Assembly: GCA_965246715.1 (NCBI GenBank) | Contig: CBDFFH010000002.1 | Span: forward strand, 272,172 to 336,171 | From: Chamaesiphon sp. | GTDB lineage: Bacteria > Cyanobacteriota > Cyanobacteriia > Cyanobacteriales > Chamaesiphonaceae | DNA length: 64,000 bases | Direction: 5' to 3' | Part shown: positions 53,054 through 62,335 of the stretch, in pieces | How positions within the stretch are numbered: the stretch's first letter is position 1 | How the letters are laid out: the number at the start of each line of letters is the position of its first letter | Translations under genes and position numbers: made by a program | Notes under the pieces: model-generated | What the model saw: the letters and a program-made list of their open reading frames with translations, nothing else | The model's database searches: none | What the model was told of the DNA's origin: nothing

Positions 53054-53323
53054 GTGAAATACGTTTTCGATCTAACCGAACGGGATGCCGCTTCTCTAGT
53101 GAAGATGTCCATCCCTGGTTTCAAAAAAATGCGACTCTCTGGAAAGATTCCGCCTCACAGCTACATCAAATTAGGCTATCGCACTATTCGTTATTGTGGC
53201 GACCTTCTGCTCGACTGGATGATCGATCCAGACGATCTAGAGGCGATTGCAAGAGCTAATGAGCAACTTCAAAACTCACGAGTATCAAATCTACCCAGAA
53301 AGTCGGGGAGAAGAGCAGCATGA
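53054..53323 (+). CDS. Excisionase/AlpA-like HTH protein
   Basis: LTERDAASLV...KMRLSGKIP..YIKLG.RTIRY pattern; overlaps the next ORF (ATGA). Confidence 0.7.
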   Translation: MKYVFDLTERDAASLVKMSIPGFKKMRLSGKIPPHSYIKLGYRTIRYCGDLLLDWMIDPDDLEAIARANEQLQNSRVSNLPRKSGRRAA

Positions 53324-53868
53324 CCACCACGACCCAACAAATAACTCGCGTTACATTCGTCGATGCACCAGGTGTCGGTCGTCCAATATCGACCAAAGTT
53401 AATCTCGATCCATCTATTTTGTCCAGTAAATCGGTGGACGATTATGTCCGATCGCGGAAAGTCAGGATCGCGACCATGACTCACTTTCTTGTTGAAGGTT
53501 ACATCGAAAGTATTGGAGCCTATGGAGGCAAATTCACTAGTGTCGAGCGATTGGTGAAATGGCTCAATATAACGAGAGCGATCGATGCAATCAGATTTTT
53601 CAACGGTGATAAACCAATCGAACGGTTAACGAACATGGCTGAAGTGGTTTTGTCGCCTGAAACACACTTGCAGCCCGAACAGTTTGGTTCGATTCACGAT
53701 TTTTTTGATTTGCTGAACGAAGCTGGGTTGCTAGACGAAGGTGAGACCAGCCCTGAACGACCGAAAGCCATTGATGACGGGAAGCGAGCGGCTCAAGCCT
53801 ATGAACGCCAACAGCGACTAAAGAACAAAATCGCCAAAGCTAGCCGAAAAGCTAACCGAAAAAAATAA
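53320..53868 (+). CDS. Hypothetical protein
   Basis: Translationally coupled ORF; basic C-terminal tail. Confidence 0.65.
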   Translation: MTTTTQQITRVTFVDAPGVGRPISTKVNLDPSILSSKSVDDYVRSRKVRIATMTHFLVEGYIESIGAYGGKFTSVERLVKWLNITRAIDAIRFFNGDKPIERLTNMAEVVLSPETHLQPEQFGSIHDFFDLLNEAGLLDEGETSPERPKAIDDGKRAAQAYERQQRLKNKIAKASRKANRKK

Positions 53869-53948
53869 TAGCGTAAGGGCTGAACCCCTTATCTCTAGAC
53901 GGTTCAGCCCCCACACAAATCAAAATTAAAACTTAGGTACATTTTATC

Positions 53949-56384
53949 ATGCTAAATACAGCAACAGCATCGCTGATTACCGATCTCGCGTCTGAAGAAT
54001 TCAAGCAACACGACCCAGCAATCATCGATCTCAATGTCGATCGAGTAGATCTAAGCTGGACTAGTCGGTATCGGGGTGGGGAAGAGATCGAAAACGAAGA
54101 TATTATCTCCATCCTCGATCGTCTCAACTGGGAAGTTACGCGACTAAACAGCGGTCGGATTAATGACAACACCCTCAAAAAGGTCAAGAAAATGGGCGGG
54201 GGATGGCACATTACCCCGTTCTATGGACTAGCCGATCGTGCCCAAATTAACTATTTCCGATTCAAACCAGACAACCCCACCGCTCACTGGAGTAACGGGA
54301 AGGTAAGTAAATCCAAATATCTAGGGGCTGTTGGGGCATCACCCCGCGCCTATTGCCCCAATGTTCCCGAAGCTGCTTGGGCAGTCATAGCCGCTCGGTA
54401 CGGCGTAGAGAAGTCAGGTAGTGATTTCTGGGAATGGGTTCTAGACCATCCAGACATACCCGTAATTATTACCGAAGGGGAGAAGAAAGCCTTTGCGGGT
54501 CTGAGTGCTGGCTATGCGGTCATCAGCCTTCCTGGTATCGATTCTGGCTATAAATCATTATCTGACAACGATGACGGCTCTGACAGCCAATTAAGCCTAA
54601 TCCCAGACCTTCAAGCACTTGCTACTGATGGTCGAACTATCTATATAGCATTCGATCGGGATAGCACCCCCCAGACAGTCAAGCGAGTTCGGAGAGCGCG
54701 TCTGAAGTTGGCTAAGTTATTCGCTGATTTTGGTTGTGAGACTCGATCGATTAAATGGGAAGGTCATAAGGGACTAGATGACTTTATCTTTGGCGCGGGT
54801 CGGGAAGCTTTGGATATCGTGGTCGAGTCTGCCCAAGACATTACCCCCAAGAAGCGAGAAAAAGGGGAAGAGAAAAATAGCACCCCAGCCGCCTTGGAGA
54901 TGTCGAAGAAAGTCTTCACAGATTTATTCGATAATAAGGTTCGATTCGATGCCAGTTGCAAACAGTATTGGCGATATGACGAGAAGGGCAAGTGGGTCAC
55001 TTGCTCGAACGAATATATATTTCGTGAGGTGCGGAAATACTTGGAAGAAGCGATCGATACTTTCTCCCCTAGTTTTGTCCGTAACGTCATAGATTTCGCA
55101 ATCGGTGAGATTCTACATGAGGGTTGGACTGAGACATCAAACCTACTGTACATCCCATTCACTAATGGCGTGTTGGAGTTGAAAACAGGTCAATTATTAG
55201 ACCACTCCCCCGATTACGGTTTTACTTGGCAATTACCCCGACCCTATTCGGCTGTTGCTGGCTGTTGGGGGAATATCGATACATTCCTAAATACTTTCGG
55301 CAACGGGAACCAGCAACTTAAAGACATCGCAATCGCCTTCTGTCAGGCGGTCTTAACCGGACGTGCTGACCTTCAAAAGTTTCTCTACTTGTTTGGTAGT
55401 GGTGCCAACGGTAAGGGTGCGTTCATGGGTCTGTTATCGATGTTGGTGGGGAAGGAAAACACCCACTCGACAACCATCGCAGAATTGAACGAGAGCCGCT
55501 TCGAGTCTGCCAATTTAATGAATAAACGATTGGTTTTGATGACCGATGAAGATAAGCGGGTTGGAGGTTTGAGCGTGTTCAAATCTGCTACCGGACAAGA
55601 TCCGATTCGATACGAACGCAAAGGCAAGGACGCGACCAACTTTATCTTCAAGGGGATGTTCGTCATCGCGGCTAACTCCCCCACCTTTGTCGGTGATTCA
55701 AGTTTCGCTATCAAACGCCGGAAGGTCGATTTCCCCTGCCTTGCCCGTGTTGCTGAATGCGACCGCCGCGACCTGACCCCAGAGTTTGAGGCTGAGTTAA
55801 CCGCTTTCACCACCTACCTGTTGTCGATTTTCGATGAGTGGGTCACGGCTACTATTCGCGGGGCTGGCAGTGTTGAAGCGGTCAAGCAACTCAACTGGGA
55901 GATGACTGTGCGGGAAAATTCGATCGCGGGTTTCTTCGATAACAAACTAATCATTGACCCCAACGACTCGATCGCTTGCGGCAAGCTCTACAAAGAATAC
56001 CAAGCCTACTGTGAAGAGTCGGGAAACAGACCCAAGACTATCAACAATTTCACCCCAGACCTAATCGAGCTTTGCAACGATAGCCTAGGGCATTCGATCG
56101 CTAAGAAAAAAGGTAGTAAGAGTAACTTCATCGAGGGGCTGCGGTTACGTGAGCATTGGGAGGTCGAGGAGGATAATAATACATCTCTTACAAAAGAAAT
56201 TACTCGTTCTTCTCTTCTTAAAAATAATCAAAATTTTTCTACAGAGTCAGAAAGGTATCCACACCTTCCACTATCCGCACAGGACAAGAGTTTAGAGCCT
56301 CCACTAGTGCCTCCACAGGTATCCACTGGCATCCACACGACAAGTGTAGTAAGCCCCGATCCCGACCTCCTAACCGAATTTTAG
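53949..56384 (+). CDS. DUF3854 primase / P4-family (D5-like) SF3 helicase
   Basis: TEGEKKA...IAFD...KGLDD Toprim; PFTNGVL; GSGANGKG Walker A; LMTDE; AAN. Confidence 0.9.
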   Translation: MLNTATASLITDLASEEFKQHDPAIIDLNVDRVDLSWTSRYRGGEEIENEDIISILDRLNWEVTRLNSGRINDNTLKKVKKMGGGWHITPFYGLADRAQINYFRFKPDNPTAHWSNGKVSKSKYLGAVGASPRAYCPNVPEAAWAVIAARYGVEKSGSDFWEWVLDHPDIPVIITEGEKKAFAGLSAGYAVISLPGIDSGYKSLSDNDDGSDSQLSLIPDLQALATDGRTIYIAFDRDSTPQTVKRVRRARLKLAKLFADFGCETRSIKWEGHKGLDDFIFGAGREALDIVVESAQDITPKKREKGEEKNSTPAALEMSKKVFTDLFDNKVRFDASCKQYWRYDEKGKWVTCSNEYIFREVRKYLEEAIDTFSPSFVRNVIDFAIGEILHEGWTETSNLLYIPFTNGVLELKTGQLLDHSPDYGFTWQLPRPYSAVAGCWGNIDTFLNTFGNGNQQLKDIAIAFCQAVLTGRADLQKFLYLFGSGANGKGAFMGLLSMLVGKENTHSTTIAELNESRFESANLMNKRLVLMTDEDKRVGGLSVFKSATGQDPIRYERKGKDATNFIFKGMFVIAANSPTFVGDSSFAIKRRKVDFPCLARVAECDRRDLTPEFEAELTAFTTYLLSIFDEWVTATIRGAGSVEAVKQLNWEMTVRENSIAGFFDNKLIIDPNDSIACGKLYKEYQAYCEESGNRPKTINNFTPDLIELCNDSLGHSIAKKKGSKSNFIEGLRLREHWEVEEDNNTSLTKEITRSSLLKNNQNFSTESERYPHLPLSAQDKSLEPPLVPPQVSTGIHTTSVVSPDPDLLTEF

Positions 56385-56532
56385 TGGAGGCTATGGAGGC
56401 TAGTGGATAGCCTCCGTGGATACCTCAAACCATTGCATAGCAAGGGGTATGGAGGGCATGGAGGCTAAATCGACATTTCTCTATAAATCACGAAAAAAAG
56501 CAGTAGAGAAGAACGAGTAATTTCTTTTGTAA
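56188..56532. repeat. Candidate replication origin: 28-bp perfect inverted repeats flanking opposed TCCAC/GTGGA iterons
   Basis: TTACAAAAGAAATTACTCGTTCTTCTCT (56188-56215) and its reverse complement (56505-56532). Confidence 0.7.
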
Positions 56533-56563
56533 TAAACAAATACATCACTGGAGATAGATAGCA

Positions 56564-56905
56564 ATGGCAAAAATCACCCCAGGAGTCACCATCGTCGGGA
56601 CAAGCGGGAAGAAGTTGGTAGTCGATCGAGTAGAGGGGGATATCATCTACAGCGGAAACCTAAAGATACTTGCATCCGCCGTGGTGCGAGTCATCCCCCC
56701 AGTAACTGCCTTCAAGGTTGGCGATCGAGTGCAATATATTGGCTCAGACTTTAACCTCAAAACCCAATATGCGGGAGTTCTAGAAGTTTGGGCGATATCT
56801 AGAAATCCTTTTGATGGCTATACCTGTCTCAAGCCTGACGGACGGGCTACGAGCTGGATTGAGTTCGAGGATCTAGAATTGGAGGAGATCGAACGATCTC
56901 GATGA
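56564..56905 (+). CDS. Hypothetical protein (SH3/KOW-like FKVGDRVQY)
   Basis: ORF with GGAG Shine-Dalgarno, downstream of the primase. Confidence 0.65.
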   Translation: MAKITPGVTIVGTSGKKLVVDRVEGDIIYSGNLKILASAVVRVIPPVTAFKVGDRVQYIGSDFNLKTQYAGVLEVWAISRNPFDGYTCLKPDGRATSWIEFEDLELEEIERSR

Positions 56906-57226
56906 ACTGTTTATGATAGTGCTTTTGGTCGGATAGCTACAATCTGAAGTGTATATAGACTACGCTTAAAACTAACCACCACAGCCCAAACACACTAACA
57001 TTCACCAGTTCGGCTAAAAGCTAGAGACTTATTCACTGTGAAACTAACTCAGCACCAGCGAGGATGCGCTACAAGCCTTCTCAAATCTAATCGGCTTGTC
57101 TTTCTTGTCTTTGTACCTGAGATTGGTGATGGGGATATTTGCGATGTTAGAAAGTATGGATGTTTTCCATCTATAGATTTAATGACAAGCTTGTAGTTAA
57201 AAGCAACAAGTCTATTACACCCCTAA

Positions 57227-57664
57227 TTATCCGAGACTCATGATAAGTATCCAGTCCATATCAATAAAATCTTGGTAAGAATAATTTAATTTACCTCTTC
57301 TACCCACTTCAACAGTGTAAAAATCTGTTTTAGGCAAGCGTATTTTGTAAGGAAAATCACAAGATGTGCTGTGATATTCACCAACAGACGTGCTTCCTGT
57401 AGCTATGATTTCACCCTTGGCATTTCTTATGGTAATAGGAATATTTCCACTTATATCATCGTAACCGTTCACTGCGTGACACTCTTTATTACCTATCCTA
57501 GAATCGTAGTTTTTATGATATCCATCTCCACTATCTCTCAGCTTGAAAACGCCATACAAGAAATGATCCTCTCTGTGTTTATTTTTAGCCATAGATACAT
57601 CAGTAATGACAAAGAAATTTATCATCATTATTGATAGAGACAAAAGAAAGACATTGTTTGTCAT
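57227..57664 (-). CDS. Hypothetical secreted protein
   Basis: N-terminal hydrophobic signal; low-GC cargo. Confidence 0.6.
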   Translation of the reverse strand: MTNNVFLLSLSIMMINFFVITDVSMAKNKHREDHFLYGVFKLRDSGDGYHKNYDSRIGNKECHAVNGYDDISGNIPITIRNAKGEIIATGSTSVGEYHSTSCDFPYKIRLPKTDFYTVEVGRRGKLNYSYQDFIDMDWILIMSLG

Positions 57665-57760
57665 GATTTGATTTTTAATAGAGTTGTTTTATAATGAGAT
57701 ATTCCAGTTTTTTTAGGGTCAAAACTGCAAAAAATCAGCGATCATTGAATGGAAATTATC

Positions 57761-58243
57761 CTAACGCTTTCTTTTATTACCGTAACCATCTCGATCTCTT
57801 TGTAATTTTCCATGTTCTATTTTGTATCTCGCCAGATCAGCCTCGTATCTTGAACGTTTGTCATCTAATGGTTTTATTTGATTATCTAGCGATTCAATAT
57901 TAGGATTTTGAGTAATGTTGGGATTATAGACTTTTGCAATCTTTTGATCGAACGAAAGTAGTTCTTTTTGGAAGTCAAGCTCCCTAATTATTAACTTGAG
58001 TTCTTCACTCTTTTTCAGTAGTTCAAGCTGCTTTTTATTATTGGCAATCAATCTATCTGTTATTTTATCTATTTTTCTTTCTTCTGCTGCACTAATTTTG
58101 AACGTAACAAAAGAATCACCAATATTGCTAGAACATCTAAGCGTCCTACTCGATATGACATAACAGTCATGTACGGTTGTTTCAGCCAGTAATGCATTAG
58201 ATGTCAATAATGTCGAAATTATAGCAATAAGTAAACTTTTCAT
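57761..58243 (-). CDS. Hypothetical secreted coiled-coil protein
   Basis: Signal peptide MKSLLIAIISTLLTSNALLA. Confidence 0.6.
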   Translation of the reverse strand: MKSLLIAIISTLLTSNALLAETTVHDCYVISSRTLRCSSNIGDSFVTFKISAAEERKIDKITDRLIANNKKQLELLKKSEELKLIIRELDFQKELLSFDQKIAKVYNPNITQNPNIESLDNQIKPLDDKRSRYEADLARYKIEHGKLQRDRDGYGNKRKR

Positions 58244-58498
58244 TGTTTTGTCAACTCTTAATTGTTTTTCACTATATACAATCTCATTCCCAAGCCATCA
58301 GGATACTTTTCTAGAAACTTCCTAAAAGAAGAGTCAGACCAATCCATTTTGCTTAAAAGTACTCCAGACAAGGGTTAAATTGATACTACCCGCTTACTTC
58401 TGATGCGATGAATGGTGACGACTGGGAAGTGGTCGAGCAACATCAACCACATATCCCACCTCAAACATTTTCATTCACCCGCCCAAAATAGAGTGTAA

Positions 58499-58729
58499 TT
58501 ACCCCCTCCCTTTCTCCAACACATTCAAAGCCTTGACACACCTATGAAGAGTATCTAGTGCCTCCCTCGGTGACATCTTCTCCACATCACCGATATTAGG
58601 CTCTAGAACATCGGCATTATCGATTTTCAGAGTCAGTGCATCAGCAAGCCGAATTAGCGACTCACAGAGTCTCACAGACACCTCTGCGATTGCGATATTT
58701 GCTCGTTGTGCTTTAGATAATCTAGCCAT
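58499..58729 (-). CDS. Hypothetical protein
   Basis: GAGG Shine-Dalgarno before ATG 58729. Confidence 0.5.
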   Translation of the reverse strand: MARLSKAQRANIAIAEVSVRLCESLIRLADALTLKIDNADVLEPNIGDVEKMSPREALDTLHRCVKALNVLEKGRG

Positions 58730-58998
58730 GAATCTTTTTTCCTCTAAATAAATTAAAATTGAACTCCATCTATGGGTGGGCAAGCAAAGCCATCCCACCC
58801 ACAAAACTTTTGACGATTATCGCATGACATTTATGCTACATTTATCACCACCCCAACCGCTAAACATTCACAAGTCAGCTAGTCTCGATCGATAGCCTCA
58901 GCACTGGGCAGACTATCCGCGATTAGACTAGCCTCACACAATACTGTTTGGCGGTGCAGATAAAATCTGTTGGCTAGGGGTGGGGTGAAAATTGACCG

Positions 58999-59835
58999 CT
59001 ATCCCTTGCCCCTCCTATGGTTGCGTCCAGCCTCTCGCATCTTCTCAGCGATGATTGCTGGTCGATAACGTTCACCGTGCCAGACTCGATCGAGTGCCAC
59101 CATATCGTCCACTCCCATCACAACTTCACCATCGATAATGTGACGATCTGGACGACCGAGCGCGGTCAGCAAGTCATCGAGAACATGGAATAGCTCAGAC
59201 TCGCGAGTGTCGAAATCACTTTTCAGTAGCTTGACGATCGCATCAGTCCGATCGCCGCAAACTCCAAGTACTCGATGAATGAACTGGTAATCATCCAGCC
59301 ATGATTGTGCTTGGGTCATTCCGCTCACCATCGTGGCAATGTACGAAGCTGCATCGACATCATCGAGCGTCAAGATTCTGAGTTTGGCGATCGCAAGTAG
59401 TGAATCAAAGAATGGAACCACAAGATGTTTCTCTAGCATCTGGTATGGATCTTGATTAAGAGTCTTAACCTGACCTCTGCTCTCCATCCCTTGCCAGAGT
59501 TCCGGTTCAGCCGCTTTTATTTTGTCGCTGATGTCTTGACCTAGAACCATTCCATCATTTGTCATGGAATAGTTGACACCCAACACCATTCCAAACTGCT
59601 TCTCCATGTTTCTCAAACCTTGCTGAGTGAGCTTATCTCGATTGGTTTTACTCAACAATTCATACTCACTATTGTCCATCCAAGCAACTACTCGGTCGGA
59701 GGCTTTCATGAAGATTTTACCCCCAGGTTCGATGCCGAATTTTTGACAGATTGCTCCGACTTCTGATGATGGCAATTTGTCTAAGAATGCAGTCATCAGC
59801 TCATTGGTTAACCGATTCAAATCATTATTATTCAT
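58999..59835 (-). CDS. Hypothetical protein
   Basis: Long ORF coupled to the upstream ORF. Confidence 0.65.
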   Translation of the reverse strand: MNNNDLNRLTNELMTAFLDKLPSSEVGAICQKFGIEPGGKIFMKASDRVVAWMDNSEYELLSKTNRDKLTQQGLRNMEKQFGMVLGVNYSMTNDGMVLGQDISDKIKAAEPELWQGMESRGQVKTLNQDPYQMLEKHLVVPFFDSLLAIAKLRILTLDDVDAASYIATMVSGMTQAQSWLDDYQFIHRVLGVCGDRTDAIVKLLKSDFDTRESELFHVLDDLLTALGRPDRHIIDGEVVMGVDDMVALDRVWHGERYRPAIIAEKMREAGRNHRRGKG

Positions 59836-60541
59836 TAGAGTCAACTCCATTCAATTTATCAACAACTTTCTTCAAGTGCGACATAGTTGGTCTAGCACCT
59901 AGCGGAGTGCCATCTTTTTTCTTAAACCCATGCGTGACCATCTCTTTAGCAACTTCTTCGTGTTTCTTACCACTCGCGAATAATGCGGTCACACTCGCAA
60001 GTAGTCCAGCTTCAGTCGTCAATCGCCGATACCATGCACGATTCAAGTCACTGACCCAATCTGGATAGTCAGTTTGGGGTTCGATCGATTCAGTTAGAGT
60101 GTCATCTGTGGGGTGATCTTGATGTGCGATCGATCGAACCATCTCAGACTTGAGTGCTTCAATAGCTTCATTAATCGGCTCCAATGCTTTGTCTATCTCA
60201 GACTTGACCTCAGCCAGTCCGATAGAATAAGGTACAGTACTAGGTACATTGTCGTACAGTACCTTATCGACAAGCTTTTTTAGCTGCTCAACCTCGGACT
60301 TCAATTCATTAATTTCAGTTGAGTACTGTAATGTATCAGGTACAGTACTCAACTGTTCGATTCTTGCTGGTAGAGTTAATCCCCCATCAGCCAGACGGGA
60401 AACTATATCGGCTAAGGCTGTCCCAAGCTTGGGATTACCATCCTTGTTGACCAGGTGCTTGTAGTCCAAACAATACTTCTCTAACCATTCCACGCTGTCA
60501 GTGGGTAGGTATGTCGTGAGTGCTTTATTAATGGTTGCCAT
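59828..60541 (-). CDS. Hypothetical DNA-binding/coiled-coil protein
   Basis: RHH-like N-terminus, central coiled coil, HTH-like C-terminus (inferred). Confidence 0.6.
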   Translation of the reverse strand: MATINKALTTYLPTDSVEWLEKYCLDYKHLVNKDGNPKLGTALADIVSRLADGGLTLPARIEQLSTVPDTLQYSTEINELKSEVEQLKKLVDKVLYDNVPSTVPYSIGLAEVKSEIDKALEPINEAIEALKSEMVRSIAHQDHPTDDTLTESIEPQTDYPDWVSDLNRAWYRRLTTEAGLLASVTALFASGKKHEEVAKEMVTHGFKKKDGTPLGARPTMSHLKKVVDKLNGVDSNE

Positions 60542-60645
60542 ACAGTACTTTAAATTACGTTACTTTACTATACAGTACTTTACCGAAAAGGTCAAGTACG
60601 GTACTTTGTAGCAAATTACTGTACAAGATTAGTAAAGTACGGTAC
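60233..60645. repeat. TACAGTAC/TACGGTAC octamer cluster
   Basis: About nine copies within and upstream of 59828-60541. Confidence 0.7.
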
Positions 60646-60772
60646 TATATGAGTATGGATATGAGAAAGCGATCGATACTCCAGCAAAGAAATCTCGATC
60701 GCGCTCGAAATGAGACGCTTAACGAATTAGTGGCACAGGCTCAAGAACTCAATCTGGGATATGAGTAGCAGT

Positions 60773-60802
60773 TTGACATTCCGGTCAATAGCCGGATAGA
60801 AT
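60773..60802 (+). promoter_or_regulatory. Sigma70 promoter with palindromic operator for the TA operon
   Basis: TTGACA-18-TAGAAT with TCCGG-N7-CCGGA in the spacer. Confidence 0.65.
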
Positions 60803-60828
60803 ATAGGTGAAATTATGAATTAGGAATC

Positions 60829-61104
60829 ATGGCATTAACAACCAGAATTGAGGCAAAAGTCACGCCAGAGACGAAAGCACTAATTCAGCAAGCGGCTGAT
60901 ATTGAGAGCAGTACACTGGCTGACTTTTTATCTAAGAGCGCACAAGCGGCGGCACAGCAAACGATCGCTAATCACAACGTCCTTAAACTCAATGCGGAAG
61001 ATAGCAGAGCTTTTATAGATGCCATTCTGAACCCTGCCGAACCGAATGAAGCACTCAAGGAGGCGGCTAGACGATACAAGCAGGAATTTGGCAATGTCTC
61101 TTAG
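60829..61104 (+). CDS. DUF1778 RHH antitoxin (AtaR/TacA-like)
   Basis: RIEAKV...KALIQQAA...L..EDSRAFIDAILNPAEPNEALKEAA. Confidence 0.9.
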   Translation: MALTTRIEAKVTPETKALIQQAADIESSTLADFLSKSAQAAAQQTIANHNVLKLNAEDSRAFIDAILNPAEPNEALKEAARRYKQEFGNVS

Positions 61105-61600
61105 TATCGACTTACTGAGCAGTAAGAAGCACGATCGATCGACATTCCAGTGTGGTGATGACAGTTTGAATGATTACATCAAGACCAAGGCATCTCAGGA
61201 ATTAAAGAAGAAAGTATCGACCCCGTTTGTACTCACGGAACCGCCAAACCAATCTGTGTTGGGGTACTACTGTTTATCTTCCTACTCGCTCGATGTATCA
61301 GATCTAGTCGAACCAGTAGCCAAAGGCTTACCGCGATACCCAGTGTTACCAGCTACTCTCATCGGTCGATTAGCAGTGGACTCAGGACACCAAGGCAAAG
61401 GGTATGGGGGATATTTATTGCTCGATGCAATGAGGAAAGTGTTAGAAGCATCCACAAAAGTCGCTTCAGTAGCATTGATAGTAGATGCTATCGATCGCGA
61501 AGCAATGAGCTTTTACATTAGGCATGGTTTCATCGAATTCCCCAACGATCCATTGAAACTTTATATTTCGATGGAGTCGATCGGAAAACTCAACCTATAA
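61094..61600 (+). CDS. GNAT acetyltransferase toxin (AtaT/TacT-like)
   Basis: HDRSTFQCG..LNDY, GYYCL, LIGRLAVD..HQGKGYG..LL.DA, VDA, FY..HGF. Confidence 0.9.
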   Translation: MSLSIDLLSSKKHDRSTFQCGDDSLNDYIKTKASQELKKKVSTPFVLTEPPNQSVLGYYCLSSYSLDVSDLVEPVAKGLPRYPVLPATLIGRLAVDSGHQGKGYGGYLLLDAMRKVLEASTKVASVALIVDAIDREAMSFYIRHGFIEFPNDPLKLYISMESIGKLNL

Positions 61601-61830
61601 TACGAAATAGCCCCCAGCCAATTAAGACCAGGGGCTAGATCGATCGATGGACTGTTTGCAGCAGCGCGATCGATATCAAACAAAGTTAATCATTTTGAGG
61701 ATAACATTTTGGTCGATAGACTAGGGTATTTTTCAGCATCGATATCTGTACTACTTACAGCCGATTGGGGTGAGATTGGGTTAAGATTCTTTTCAAATCT
61801 CTGTAACGCGCTTACAGACTCAAGCCGTCA

Positions 61831-61876
61831 CGGACTCTTAATCCGTTGGTTCCGAGTTCGAGCCTCGGGTTGCCCA
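61831..61876 (+). repeat. att site: displaced 3' portion of tRNA-Lys
   Basis: CGGACTCTTAATCCGTTGGTTCCGAGTTCGAGCCTCGGGTTGCCCA. Confidence 0.92.
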
Positions 61877-62335
61877 TTAATCATCAAATCGGTACGATCG
61901 TCATTATATAGTTCGACAGGTACTCAACTACATAGCCACAATCGAGCTGTTTTTAGTGTCTGCCAAAAACAGATGCATGACGATCGCCGCTGACAAGTGG
62001 ATGACGACTGTCGTAACTGTAAAATTTTGAATAATTACCGACAGATAATAAATCCTCAGCTTGTGGGCGCGATCGATTAGTTAGAATTATTACTTGTCCA
62101 GCCCCATAAACTGAAAAAACCTATCAGCGCAAGGTTTTTGATGATATTGTCGTATCATGTAACTTCATGAGTAGCATGCAAGTAGCGATACTGCCAGACC
62201 CTCAAATCTGACAGTTTTAGCCGATTTAGAGCATTGACATTAGATTAAAAAATTTCACAAATCTTTATCATCGACTGGGATTAGCGTATACTACGAGAGC
62301 AAAGCTTACAGCTAGTTTAGAGGAGCAAAAATCCA

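Larger units (their letters stand above)
50561..61876. mobile_element. Integrative satellite/PICI-like element (~11.3 kb) in tRNA-Lys
   Basis: 46-bp direct repeat of the tRNA 3' part (50561-50606 and 61831-61876, 2 mismatches); integrase, excisionase-like and primase-helicase genes. Confidence 0.9.
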
